Shown: positions 34,362 to 48,809 of the stretch, one piece after another
How the letters are laid out: every line of letters starts with the position of its first letter
Numbering within the stretch: the stretch's first letter is position 1
NCBI GenBank assembly: GCA_039096225.1
Contig: JBBPEB010000003.1
Coordinates: 124,001 to 188,000 of the forward strand
Source of the DNA: Blastocystis sp. Blastoise
Lineage: Eukaryota > Protista > Bigyra: Opalinata
Length of the DNA: 64,000 nt
Direction of reading: 5' to 3'
Made by a program: the position numbers and the translations under genes
The notes under the pieces: generated by a model
The model's input: only the letters and a program-made list of their open reading frames with translations
Told to the model about the DNA's origin: nothing
Databases searched by the model: none

Positions 34362-35564
34362 TTATTGGTTAACTGCTGGAGGAATATAGACTTCGTCATC
34401 ATCATCAAATTCTACTTCTTCATCTCTATACCAACCACCATATATATCTTTTTTATATCCTTTTTGAATCAACTCTAATTCACGTTCTCTATCTATTTCT
34501 AAGATATATATACAATAATAATAATATATATTTATATACTTGAAGGTATATGAAGTGAAGGAGAATAAATAGGTTGTTCAACCATCTATATATACATATA
34601 TAAAAAATATAGAAATAGATATAGAAATATAAAGTGTATATATACATTCGATAGAGGAATGGAAGCTGATATTTCAAGTTTGTCTATAAATATATAATTT
34701 AAATAATTAATAAAATATTAGACATATATAATTGTAAAAAAATTTAATAAATTAATAAAATATATATATATATATTGTAATAAAACTATAATAAAATAAT
34801 AAAAAAAAATATATATATATACCATTATGAATAGGATTCTTAAGATATGCAGGTCCTTGAAGAGCAGTAGAATTATGTTTAGTATTATGATTATATGTAG
34901 ATTGAGAATGTAATGAAGATATAGATATATATTGATTTGAAGAATTTACTAATTAACATATATAACAAAATAATTCATTTATTATATATATATACATTGT
35001 GGTTTTTTCCTAAAGATATAATAAAAAAAAATATGTAAATAATATAAAAATATGAATAAAATATAAAATATAAAAAACATATAATATAAAAAAAAACACA
35101 TTTAGATAACATTAATATATGGCATACTCTTTATCATCTATATTATTTCCATGGAGAATTTGGTTTGTAATATTTGTAGTCGATTCTAATAACGACAGAG
35201 GTCTTTGAGGTGATTTTATTTCATTTTGAGTATCGTTAGATTTCCTATATTTCTTTTCAGCACGTTCAGCTATACATTTCCTATAACGAATCTCTTCAGC
35301 TTTATGTTTTTTTCCATTTCTATGAGATAATAGTCCATGAGTATCACTAAACACTGGTTTTTGCCTACAAATCAAACAACAATATTCACCATTCTGTAGT
35401 TTTTTATATTCAGACGTATCCACATCGGAATAAAACAAATTCTCTAATCGCCTTTTACGTTCCTATATAAATAAGCATATAATCATTGCAATAAAGTGTA
35501 CCTGCTTTATTTCAGTAGATAATTGTCTTCCACTATGATTACTTCCGTGTTTTATGACATCCAT
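34362..35564 (-). CDS. SCNM1: Sodium channel modifier 1 homologue (minor-spliceosome factor)
   Basis: N-terminal KRRLENL and zinc finger CLICRQKPVFSDTHGLLSHRNGKKH. Acidic C-terminal motif GYKKDIYGGWYRDEEVEFDDDDE. Confidence 0.88.
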
Positions 35565-35831
35565 GTTCAAAAAAATATATTCTAAACGAGAATTTTGTTA
35601 TAATAAAGTTCCTAAGACAAATTGTTTTAAATAATTATGCTTATAGCTCAATTTTAATTAAAAAAAATAACAAAACACAAAAAAAATCAAGCAATTATAT
35701 TTTATATTACAACAACAACACAAGAAAAGCAAATAATAGATAAAGGAGAAAAGAGTACAATAAGATAGTCATTAATAAATCTACAAGAAGCAAATAAAAG
35801 AAAAAGAAATTGAAAAACCATCTATCATCTT

Positions 35832-37120
35832 TTAAGCAGTTTCATTCTTAGGATTTTCACTATCAAATTTCATATAAGGTCCAAAGCGAGAATGAAGATC
35901 AATATTAAATTTGATACCAGCATACCATTTCTTACCAGGAATTTGTAATTTATTATCAAATTCATCAGCTAAACCATGATTAACCATTCTGTGGTCAGCT
36001 TCATCTCCACGAATAACTAAGATATTATCTCTTAATGTAGCATCTTCAGGAAGACCCCAATATTCTTTAGATATTTTACAAGCAGGATAATTCTTTAATT
36101 TTCCTTGATCAATAGCTTCAATCATAGTATCATAAGTATGAACAGCATGTTCTTCTAAGAAACCAACGAAACGATGGCATGTTCTAGGAGCAAATACATA
36201 AAGAGGTACATATAAGAAAATAAATCCAAATTGAACAATTTTAATCATCACTTTTTTATCCCATCTTAAAGGTTCTAAATTCATAAAAGAAAGAAGATGC
36301 ATTCTTTCATTTTCAGCTTCATCAATCAAAGGCTATAAAGGTTAATATTATAGTTTTATTGTATTATTATAGTTTTATTATTTTTATTATTTTATTATTT
36401 TATTATTTTTATAATTGTATTATTTTTATAATTTTATTATTTTTATAATTGTATTATTTTTATAATTTTATTATTTTTATAATTGTATTATTTTTATAAT
36501 TTTATTATTTTTATAATTTTATTATTTATAATAATAAATAATAAATAATAAATAAAAAACATAAATAATAATAAATAAATAAATAATAAATAAATAAATA
36601 TTAAATAAATAATAAATAAATATTAATAAATAATAAATAAATAATAATAAATAAATATTAAATACATAATACATACTTTAACCCATTCATCATGTCTTAA
36701 ACGTCTTAAAGAACGAAGATGATGTAAATTACAGCATACTAATCCAGGAAGAGAAGCAACAGTTTCAAGCATAATAGCTCTATCAATATAATTATTTCTG
36801 AAATATAAGTTAGCTAACCAGAAAAGACTATTTACACTACCAGAAGCAAGCTTATCACTTATTCCTTTAGGTTGACGTCTTTCTTGCTTACCCCAATATT
36901 GTTCAAGAAGCTTTAAATACTCTCTATTACAACTAGTATATCTAGTAGAAAACATATGAAACTCAGGATTTGGTCTATACGCAAGAGCTTCATCAAGAAC
37001 ATTCTTTTCAACTAATTCATTAAGTTTTGGAGCAGTAGAGAAGTTTCTAGCAGCAGTAGCCTTAAGTAAGAATGAAACAGGTAAAGTAGACTTTGTGGCA
37101 AATAAACGAGCAAGACTCAT
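35832..37120 (-). CDS. AOX: Alternative oxidase with N-terminal organellar presequence
   Basis: Di-iron motifs LETVA, EAENERMHL, HRFVGFLEEHA and RGDEADH. The start MSLARLFATK...ARNFS resembles a presequence. One intron. Confidence 0.96.
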
Positions 37121-39131
37121 TATTGAAAATAAATAAATAAAAGAAATATGCGAAGAAATGAGAAAACACATTTCTTCTGCTTTATTGTGATCCTTTTTTA
37201 TTTAAACAATCGTTTTATTATACCCCTTAATAAGTACGAAATAAACCGGATTCTTCGTTCATATTTTTTTTATTAGGGGCATTCCTCTTTATATGACCTC
37301 TTTAAAACTTTTGTCATTTGATACCATTTTTTTCCAAAAAGCAGACATCTTATTTCTTCTGCCGTCATTTGTTCCAATATCTTGGCATAAATCTCAATAT
37401 CTTAATGTTTCTCTAGTTATTACCTATCTTTCTACACTTTTTGGATATCTACTTTCGCTTTAGACTAATAAGTTATGCAACATGTCGAAGCATCTATAAG
37501 ATTCTATTCGTACTGATATAAATAATGAATCAAATGAATTAAAATACCCTCCTGATCAGTTTCTGCCAACTTATTTTTATTTCTAATGAATCTAATTATG
37601 TTTTCTTTCATTAAATATATAAAAAATATATATATTTCATGATTTTTAATATTCATTAGTTTGAAGATGATTCGTTCGTATGAATTTTTATATGTATATG
37701 CACTGAGACGACACAAAAATAGTTTTAATGCTTAAAAACATCAAATACTTATTTTTATTTCATGATTTTATGTATAATTCATAATGAATGATATCTAGAA
37801 TGATTGAAAACCGTTGTAATATCAAGTTTGTATTTACAAAAAAAGAAATAAAACAATAACAAACAGCTTAATTTTAAAACAAATATATATATATATTATA
37901 CAAAGTGATTTCTTATTGGCAAACATATATAGAGAATAAACAATAAAAACATATATAAATACATGTTAATTAAACAAGAGATATAATGCATAAAACCTTT
38001 ATATGTTTGCATCATTAATAGTATCATATTCAAAGCAATAAGAAATTTAGATATATATCAGTTTTAAAAGGTGTAACCAAAAATATATTCAAAAAAAAAG
38101 TTTTATATAAATAAATATAAAATGAGTATAGAGAACATAAAAACAAGAGTATAAACATTAATAAATAAATTATAAGTAATATAAAAATGATAGAATAAGA
38201 AGTTATATAAAGAATAGATTATATATATACAAATTATAATATATATTAAATATATGAGAACAAAAAAAATGAATAATATTAAAAAAGAAATAGAATAGAA
38301 ATAAAGAATAGATATATATAGAATAAATAGAATAAATAGATCTATCAGAAATCACATGATATGCCGTTTTAATAGAAGAAATCACGTGTTTATTCCTTAT
38401 AGAATTTCATATTATATACGAATTATAGATGATATGTATGTATAACAGAGAATAGAAGTATATACTAATTATATAGAATAACTAGAAAAAAAGGAATCGA
38501 AATAAAAAGAATAACATAGAATACAAAAAGAATAGAGAGTGATATGAATAAGCATTTGCAAACAAGAATGTATATATATACATATATAAAAGAATATATG
38601 ACAATAAACTATATAAAAATACTATTTCATAATAAAGAACCAAGAGTAAACAAAATAAAACAATAAAAAAAAAGACAATTCATAATAATAATAAAACAAT
38701 TGTCATTGCTATGGAAATAATATAATCATAATAGAACAGTCATTTAAAAAAAAAGAAATACAGAATAATATTTAGAATAAGAATGGAACGATGTTAATCA
38801 CAGAAAAAAAGGAAAAGGAAAAGATATAGTATTTTATACATAAAAAAATATAGAGTATTTTATATATTTAAATAAAAATAAATAGTATTTTATATATATG
38901 AAAAACAAATAAATACTATTGTATACATTTAAAAAAAATATTATTTTATATATATGAAAAAAAAAATACATAGAAAAAAGAATAAACAAGAATTTGGAAA
39001 AGAAAAATAGATAAAGAGTAAAATTCTATATATATATATAGGTATATATATATAGGTATATACTATAAAAAAGGAAATGAATTAAAAGTATAGATAAATG
39101 AATAGATTATATATATAAATAAATAATAGTG

Positions 39132-41067
39132 TTACTTTTCAGGATGAGAAGGTAGTACGACACGTGCCACCGAATTCGGTAATGTAGCATTGAGTTGAAG
39201 AAGTGATTCCATCGATTGATTATTCATAGAATTAATAGAAGGAGGATTAAGAGAAGATACAGGAGGAGAGAGAGAAGCATGTATAGAGAGATCCGTGTTG
39301 ATTGATATAGAATTATAAGAAGGCGAGGATAATGACAGAGAGTGTGTCATCGCTGGTGGCTGGAGAGTTGACGTAGTAGGAGAAGAAGGAGATAGAACGG
39401 GAAGAAGAGAAGAGGAAGGCAAACATGTATCTGATGAATAATAGTTAGTTTGGTTTGTATGTGGATTTGGGACTTTAATCATTCGATTCATATTATTATT
39501 ACCACATCTATATATATATATATATATATATAATTATATTAATATACACTGAGCATATATATGTATATGAAGGAACGATTTGTTTGTTATCTATATATAT
39601 ATAGAATAATAGATATAATACTAGATAGAATAGTATGCTATATATACTATTAAATGCATTATCTAGAGAGTAATGTGTATCTACCATGGTTGTCGACTCC
39701 TTCAGGAACTCCTGCTCCTTCTTCTTCTGCCACTCTTCCATCTCGATCTTATAGTCATCCTATATATAGATATAGATATAGATAGATATATAGATATATA
39801 AGAATAAACATAAAATTATTGTTTTTATTCTATATACTAAATATATATATATATATATATATATATAAAGAATAAAAACAATAAAAATAAAACTATTATA
39901 AACTCATTATTCTTATATTAAATATATATAAATATATAAGAATAAAAATAAAATTAAAGTCATTATTCTAACTAATATATATATATACAACATATTTTTG
40001 TTTTTCAACGTCAGATAATTGTCTCCATGACGTTGAAAGACGTTTTGAGCACTCTGTGAACGATAAAACTGGATTATTTTGTTTTAATTGTTTAAAATGT
40101 TCAGTAGCATATCGAGTATAGGGGGGAACTGGCTTCTTTAGAGATGTAGAACCGCGGGATTTATCCTTTTTGAAATGAAACATACTAAATAATATATATA
40201 TATATATAATATCCTAATAATAATAAAAGTATTCCATTTCATTTTTGACATATATTTATATACCTTGAAATATCTTGTGAATCTATATATATATATTATA
40301 AAAAATAAAATATATATATATATAAACAAGAATTCTTTTCAATATATAAATATAATAATTACAAAATAACAATATATATATATATATATACTCATTGTTT
40401 GTATAGAAGGATAATACGTTAAATCAGAGTTAAAATGCGTTATATCCTGATGCTGACGCAGTAACCGATTTTCTTCAGTCAAATGCTTACACTATATATA
40501 TATAAACATAGAATAACTAAAACACTAATATATATATATATATATTACAATTTCTTTTATCAATAAATAAAATACTATATATATATATACCAAAGCTTTT
40601 GTTTTCTTCAAGTTTTGAGCCATTACATTAAATTTCTCCAATTTTTTCAACAATTTTATTTCTCTTTGTTCATATTTTTCGATTGTATGCCAATTACGAA
40701 TGTGTTGACGAACATCTGCTTTCGTTTTAAACTTCTTTATTGGAGACGTACAATTCTTAAACGTGCAAACTTCTTCACGAACTTGAGAATGGACATGAGC
40801 ATGCCGTACAAGCATTGCTCGAACATAGAATTCTTTACCACAATTCTCTTCAGGGCACTTATAAGGTCGCTTCCCTGTATGAATCTTTTCATGAAGTAAC
40901 AAAGATCTTGCTGCAGAAAAGTATTTTCCACATTGCTCACAACTAAGAGCTCTATAAACAAAAATAATTTTAAAAGAATACCGATAATCTGTCACGATTT
41001 GATTTGACTCTTCTGCATTTATATCCGGAGGCCTTAAATTCATATTATTTTCATCCTGTTTGTCCAT
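39132..41067 (-). CDS. C2H2 zinc-finger plus HMG-box transcription factor
   Basis: Three C2H2 fingers (HTGKRPYKC linker) spliced to an HMG box KKPVPPYTRYATEHF...LSTSWRQLSDVEKQKY, followed by an S/P-rich tail. Confidence 0.85.
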
Positions 41068-41577
41068 ATTCAATTAAATATCAAAATATATAGAGAAATA
41101 TATAGAGGAAAAAGACCTTTCAAATTTTTGTGTAGAAAGGTTGGTTTGGGGAAATAATTGTTTTTGACTCCAAATGAAAAATAGAATCTCAAATAGAATT
41201 CAATTAAATTTCTTTTGTATTTCTTTGTTAACTGATTTTTTTTAATATGCAGAGCTTCATATCATTTCTTAAATGAAAGCTGATATATAATTATACATGA
41301 ATAGAAACAATATTAGTGTTTTGTTAAAAAATCTACAATAATCAATGGATTTATCATATTTTTATAATATCCATATATGTACTTGTTTGATCTCTTTTAT
41401 AAAATAATATTATCCACATATCAAAAAATATCAAAAAAAAACTCATTTTATCTATTTATAATGAGAAAATAATAAAATCACGGGAGTCATCATTTATTAA
41501 ATGAAAACATCAGTATTTACAAATATTCACTTTTCAGTCTCTTTTTGTAACTCTTTTTTACCTTAAGGATATGAATA

Positions 41578-42153
41578 ATGAATGTCACAACGAATATGAC
41601 AGAAATACTACATGTTGCAGAGACAGTAAACGAGCACCTTATTGAAGAAACTACTGAATCACTTACGTTAGTCTTAACTTTTACTGGATTATTATTATGT
41701 AGTATTGCTACGTATGGAATATAGATATTATTGTCTTTTATTAATTATATATTAGAATTATTTCCCAGAAATTTCTTAAATGGATGCCTCATAATGTATT
41801 ATATATGGTTATTGGCCTATGTATTGCTCATGGAGCAGAGTTAATTTCTGGAATTGACTCAAAGGACCGTTTACAAGAAATGTTTGCTTTTCATCCTGGT
41901 TTATTTTCCTATGCTTTTACACCTTTAATTATGTTTGAATCAGGGTATAATTTTTTTTTTATTATTATTTATTATTTATTATTATTTATTATTATTTATT
42001 TATTATTATTTATTATTTATTATTTATTATTTATTATTATTTTTAATAGTTATTTATTATTATTTATTATTATTTATTATTTATTATTATTTATTATTAT
42101 TATCTATTTTATTATTTATTTATTATTATTTATTTATTTATTATTATTATTTA

Positions 42154-42184
<31 letters not shown>

Positions 42185-44109
42185 TCATTTATTATTATCT
42201 TTATTATATAGTTTTTCTGGTGATGCTATTGCACTTTTAGATAATTCATTTTCTGCCATTATTTTTGTATGTATAGAATGTTTACTAGGCACTATTTTAT
42301 GTTCATTCTTTATCTATTTCTTACCTCGTCTATTTGGATTAACTTTTATTTCTTTTATTAATTCTGTTGCTTTATCTATAATTCTTCTTCCTACGGAGAC
42401 ATCCACAATTATACCACTATTAAATAAAGTTCATGTCAGTAAAAACTTTACTCATTTACTTTTAGGAGAAGGTATGTTCACAGAGATGTTCGCTATTATA
42501 TTAATGAGAGCATTAGTAGAAGTAGAAGTAGAAGCAGGAAATATATTAGATGTTGCTGTCAATCTAATAGTTACTTTCTCTACAACATTAATAGGATCTA
42601 TTCTTATTGGATTCTTATTAGGAATATTAAGTGCACTTGCATTTAAATATATTTCTGCACAACGTGATGAAGACAGTTTATTTGTAGAAATTACTATATT
42701 CTTATGTTGTCCCTTCTTAGCCTATATGATAGCTGAAACTATGAGATTATCTGGAAATATCGCTATTCGTGTTTGTGGAATTACTATGGCGAAATATACA
42801 CAATTTAATATGTCAACGAAATCATATCCTTATGCTCTTTTTATATTATTGTTTTCTTTTTTTAATTGTTTGTTTTTTTTTTTTTTTGTTTTTTTATTTT
42901 TTTATTTTTCGAAGAATCTTCTATTATTTATTAGATACTCTTTATAAAATGATTCTATTATTATTTTTTTTTTAATTATTTATTATTTATTATTTCATTT
43001 TTATTATTATTTTTATTATTATTATTTCATTTTTAGTTTGTATATTATATATAGTAGTTTTAATTAATAATACTATCTATTAGTAATTCTTAATATATTA
43101 CTCGTGGTTTTATTCATCGTTTTATTGGTTATTTAGGCCGAATAGCTGAAGTAACTGTCTTCTTATTATTTGGATTCTCAAGTAATATCGATAAAGATAT
43201 GTTCAGTGATTATAAATGGATTCTATTAACCTTTATTATTATGATGAGTGTAAGAGGACTATTGGTTTCTCTGTTTCGTAATAGAAACACTGTTGAAGAA
43301 CCAAGAGATAACTTAAATCAAAAACAATATAAAGTATAGAAGTTTTATTAATTTTTATATATTATATATTTTATTATTTTTTTTTATTCTCTAATTTTAT
43401 TCTTTTTTTATTATTAATAAATAAATATATATAATATATAATAAATATATATAATATATAATTAATATATATAATATATAAAAAAATAAATATATAACTA
43501 TAGCAATTATTATGGTTAAGTGGCTTAAAAGGTTGTTTAAATTATGTATTAGTAATAACCTTTCAGAATGAGCTTTTGCATCCCTCTCAAGTTAATATAT
43601 TAACTCATGTTTCTGAAGGTATTATTTGGATTACAGTTGTAGGTATAGGTAGTATATATCAGTTACTCTTAAATATACTGAATGTCTCTTATTCATCGAC
43701 ATATCTTCCTGTATCCCATTCTCCTTCTGCTGCTATTAAAGAAGATCTAGTCACTACTATTCATAAACAAATTGAACGAGAATACTCCGGTGATAGCGAT
43801 AGTAATACTATTCCCTTAGTTATAGATACACAAGCATTTCAATATAAACGTCCAACTACTAAATTAAATACAAATAAATCAGGTATAGTACCGTCTGCTT
43901 CTTCTCAATCTTTATTACACAGTGAAAATCCTTCTTTTACTATTTCTCCTTCTACAAACAATGAGCATGAAACAACTAGAAATAACAGTATCCATGAAGA
44001 AGAAGCATATACTAATGATTCTATGGATATTCATGGAGTCTTCTCGTATATCGATAGACATATATTGTCACCATTCTTAATCAAAAATATTGGAATTAAA
44101 GATATATAA
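41578..44109 (+). CDS. CPA1-family Na+/H+ exchanger (NHE/NHX-like, divergent)
   Basis: PLIMFESG, LLGEGMFTE, AYMIAETMRLSG, IAEVTVFLLFG and LWLSGLKG across multiple TM segments. The model requires an AT-AC intron. Confidence 0.9.
42824..43101 (+). other. AT-AC U12-type intron (278 nt)
   Basis: Donor ATATCCTT at 42824-42831, branch TTCTTAAT at 43087-43094, AC at 43100-43101. The phase-2 join gives YTQFNMSTKS-RGFIHRFIGYLGRIAE. Confidence 0.92.
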
Positions 44110-44459
44110 ACATATTATTATTCTATATTATCATTTTTTTTTTTCATTATTTCATTATTTTTCAATGTTATGAGTATCTTATGAATATTACTCATCAAAT
44201 GTTATATGTTATTATTATTCACATTTCATTTTTATCATAATGGCTTTTTCATATTCTTGATTTTTGTTTTTTATTGTTAATTTTTATATATCATTATTAC
44301 TTTTATTATTCTATATAACAAAACAAAACACTTGACATCCCATATAAAAACAAATAAAGTGAAGAAAAAGACTAACAATACAAATAAAATGTGACAAAAA
44401 GAAAAACGTTTCAAGTCCTGAAAATCATCACTATGTCCTCTAATAACGAGAAGAGGGTT

Positions 44460-45489
44460 TTAAGCAGTTGTTTCTTCTTCAGTAGATTGAGTCTCTTCTT
44501 TAATTTGCTCATTCTTTTCTGTTTCTTCAGTAGATTGATTCTCTTCTTTATCTATATCTATAGTATTATCCTTATTATTTGTATTCTCTTCATCTTCATC
44601 ATCATCATCATCATCAATATCAATATCATCCAAATCATCTAAATTCTCCTCAGCAAATACTTCAGCACTTGTCACCATGTGAATCTCAGTTTCTTGACCT
44701 TCAGGAAGTGTCTCTTCTTCATGGTAATTAGCTAAAGATATAATAAGAATAATTATAATTATTATTATAATAATAATAATAATAATAATAATATATTTGT
44801 AATAAACTTGAAAGTATTATATATATAAACAATTATTCCAATATAAATATATTTAAAAATAATTCTTAAATGATAAATATATATAAATAAAATACTTATA
44901 ATAAAAGATAATATATAAATGATAATAAAGCATACAGAAGTTAGCATCTTGAGTATCTTCAATAATAGGTTCTTCTTGTTCATAATCATTATTATCAAGA
45001 GCATCAGCATCATCGACGAATACTTCAGGATTATATACGAATAAAGCACGACCGGAAAGAAGACGGAATTCTTTACCACTCGATTTCTTCTTTTGAGCTT
45101 CTGTATCTGCCTTCTCTTTCTCAGCTTGTTTCTTAAGTCTACGTTCTTCTTTCCATTTAGCGAAAGATTCTGGAGTCACAGGAGTTAAACCAGTAGAAGG
45201 AAGACGAGATCTCTATATATATATATATATATATATAATAATAAATATTAACATGTTGATAAGAAATGTTTAAATAATAACAAAAAAAAAATAGATCCAT
45301 TATAAAACATATATATATATATATATAATATTTTACATACTAATAATTCGATGTTTTCTAATTTAAGTAGATTCTTATCAGTAGCACGATCTTTGTCTTT
45401 TAATATACCCTCAGCTTCTCTTTCAGCCTTACTCTTATATACATATCCTTCAGGAAGGGCGTGACGATACTTACAACTATATATAGATA

Positions 45490-45534
<45 letters not shown>

Positions 45535-46699
45535 CAATATCATTATTATTATTTATTAACACTAGTCTATATATATATATATACTTAGGTCCATTAGGAC
45601 ATTGCCAGAACCATCCGTATATTTCCTGTTCAATAGCATCCAAGAAATAACGACAGACAATACTGGTTTGATTTGTTTGAGTATATTTAGCTGCATTCTG
45701 CTTTACAACCTATTTATATATGTACATATATATATATATATATAGATAGATAGATAAAAAAATTATAAAATAAAGAAAGAAATGTCAAGAAAGTAAATAG
45801 AATGAACTAATAATACAATAATAATATATAATATAATAATAATATATAATAATATAATAATATAATAATATATTATATAATAATACAATAATAATATATA
45901 ATAATAATATAATAATATATATATATATAATAATATATATAACAATATATACAGCTTCAAGTTGTTCTTGAGTCCAATTAGCCATATTATCAGTCTTCTT
46001 TTCATCTCGAATATCTGTATGAATATCCTTCTTGGCAGAACTACGAGCAACCTTAGAGAGATCGTGACTGAACTTACATTTAGCACCCTATATATACATA
46101 TATATATTAATAATCATTAGAATCATAATATAATAATCATTATCATTAATAAACATATATAATATCTATAATAAATAATAGCATACCTTAGCACAGAAAC
46201 CTTGTTTAAAGAAAGGACAGAGAACAGATTTAGGATCTTCACCAAAAGCAAGCTAAAATATATTCATATATATATATATATAGAAAAATTGTTTAAATTG
46301 CCAAAAAAATATATATATACTTTTGGCATAGTAACAATAGCTTTAAATAATTCAGCAGCTTCCTTTTCAGCCTTCTTCTTTTCTTCCTTCTCTTTCTTTT
46401 GCTATATATAATATATATATATTATTTAAAAAAAAAATGAAAAAGAACCCTACCTGTTGTTTCTTTAATTCTAAAGTTTTATCATCCTATAATATCAAAT
46501 ATAAAAGTCATGTAAAAATGAATAAGAATAAACGTACTTTACCAGTATACACTTTCTTTACATTTTGGACATATTCTTGAACCTTTTTACTCTTATTTTT
46601 ATTCTTTAAACCGAAGGTCTTATCTTCGACGATCTTTTCAGCTTTCTTTTGAAGAGCTTTATCTTGAGCCTTTTGTTGAGCTTTCTTGGAAGGAGGCAT
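44460..46699 (-). CDS. ZC3H15: CCCH zinc-finger protein 15 / TMA46 (DRG1 regulator)
   Basis: [80 protein letters not shown]. Confidence 0.95.
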
Positions 46700-47091
46700 G
46701 TTGAATCAATTAAAATTGAACTAACGTATAAAGATTATACAAAAATGATAGCGTTAGCAGTCTTACAAAAATTACTCCTCGTTTGGATGAAAAAACAGCC
46801 AGAAAAATATTATTCATTTCCCATGGGAATATCAACTAGAAAACAGAAACCAAAAAAGAAGATATGGAGCCACAAAAAGACTCGATGTTTTTTCATTTTA
46901 AAAGACTAATTTTTCAGCTCCAACATAAAAATAGTGCCTTTTTATTTAAAAAAAAGTTTCAAAAACAGAAAGGAGGTCTTAGTTTGAATAGTTATTTCAT
47001 TAAAAAGAATAATTTTATCAAATTCTGATTAAGACACCAATCCCATTTATAAAAATCAATTTCAAAATTTCTTCATTTCAAGTCAATTAAC
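46700..47091. promoter_or_regulatory. Short divergent intergenic region, probable bidirectional promoter (ZC3H15/SMC2)
   Basis: The two start codons lie 392 bp apart head-to-head. No specific element was identified. Confidence 0.4.
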
Positions 47092-48773
47092 ATGTATCTT
47101 GAAGAAATCATTCTTGATGGATTTAAAAGTTATGCAAATCGTACAGTGATTTCAGATTTTGATCCTCAATTCAATGCTATTACTGGTCTCAATGGAAGTG
47201 GCAAATCAAATATTTTAGATGCCATTTGCTTTGTATTAGGTATTACTAATTTAACACAAGTATATTAATGAATCAAATTTTATATGAATATTATTTTTTT
47301 ATTTAATTATTGTTGATGGAGTGATGTTTTCTTTTATAGGTTCGAGTTCGTAATATGCAAGAACTTGTTTACAAGCAAGGTCAAGCTGGAGTAACTAAAG
47401 CTACAGTCACACTTATTTTTAATAACAAAGATTCAAAACAAAGTCCTGTTGGTTATGAACAATATGAAACAATTTCTATTACTCGATCTATTATTATTGG
47501 AGGTCGAAATAAATATATGATCAATGGTCACGTAGCTCAAACAAGTCAAGTTCAGAATTTGTTTCACAGTGTACAACTTAATGTCAATAACCCTCATTTC
47601 TTAATTATGCAAGTATTGTTTTATTTATTGTTTATTGTTTTTTTATTTGTTTATTTGATTCATTTTTTATTTATTTGATTTATATATTTATAAATTTTGA
47701 TTCCCGTGTTTATTTTTAGGGTCGTATTACAAAAGTATTAAATATGAAGCCCCCAGAGATTTTAGGTATGGTCGAAGAAGCCGCGGGAACACGTATGTTT
47801 GAATCAAAGAAAGAAGCCGCCAAAAAAACTATTGAAAAGAAACAAGGAAAAGTCGATGAAATTAATAAATTATTATCTGAAGGTATATATATATATATAT
47901 TGTTATGAATGATTCAATATAAGTTTTTGGTATACATTTTTTTTATATATTGTTATATTATATATAATATATATGTTCTTTATAAATATAGCTATATATA
48001 TGATACTCTATGTTCTTTATAAATATAGTTATATATATATGATACTCTATGTTCTTTATAAATATAGCTATATATATATGATACACTATGTTTCTCTTTA
48101 GAGATTACTCCTACCTTGGAGACATTGCGTGCTCAGAAGAGTGCTTATATACAATGGTCGAATAATACTACAGAAATAGAGAGATTACATCGATTTAAAG
48201 TAGCTTATGATTATTATAGATATAAAGATATAGTAGATAAAGGAGAAGAAGGAGTAGAAGAAACCATTAAACAAAAAGATCAATTTATAGAACAAATTAA
48301 TACAATTAAAGTATATAGGAATTAAATTTATTTATTTATTTTTTTAGTATTTTGGATATTATTTTATATTATTTATTATTATATATTATATATTATATAT
48401 TATTATATATTATATAGAGTTCTGATAATGAGAATAAGAAACAGTTGGAGAACTTGAAGGTACGACGTGATCAGCAGGTAGAAGAGACGTTGACACAACT
48501 ACAGGTATATATACTACATATACAAAATATTATATGTTAGATTTATTATGTAGATTATTATTATTTTCTATTGTATATATAATAAAAATCATTGATATAT
48601 ATATATATATATAGTCCGAGGAAACACAGAAAAGTAAAGATCTTGTAAAGAAGAATGGTGAATATATTAATGAATTAAGCGCTTTAGAACGTGAACAAAC
48701 GGCATTTAACGATATTAAACGACAACAAACGGACTCTACTACAGTCATTCATGACTTAGAAATGCAAACAAAA

Positions 48774-48809
<36 letters not shown>

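Noticed and set aside
32321-46699. Functional clustering of OLA1 and ZC3H15 (translation GTPase related)
   Set aside because: They are separated by unrelated genes, and ZC3H15 partners DRG1 rather than OLA1.
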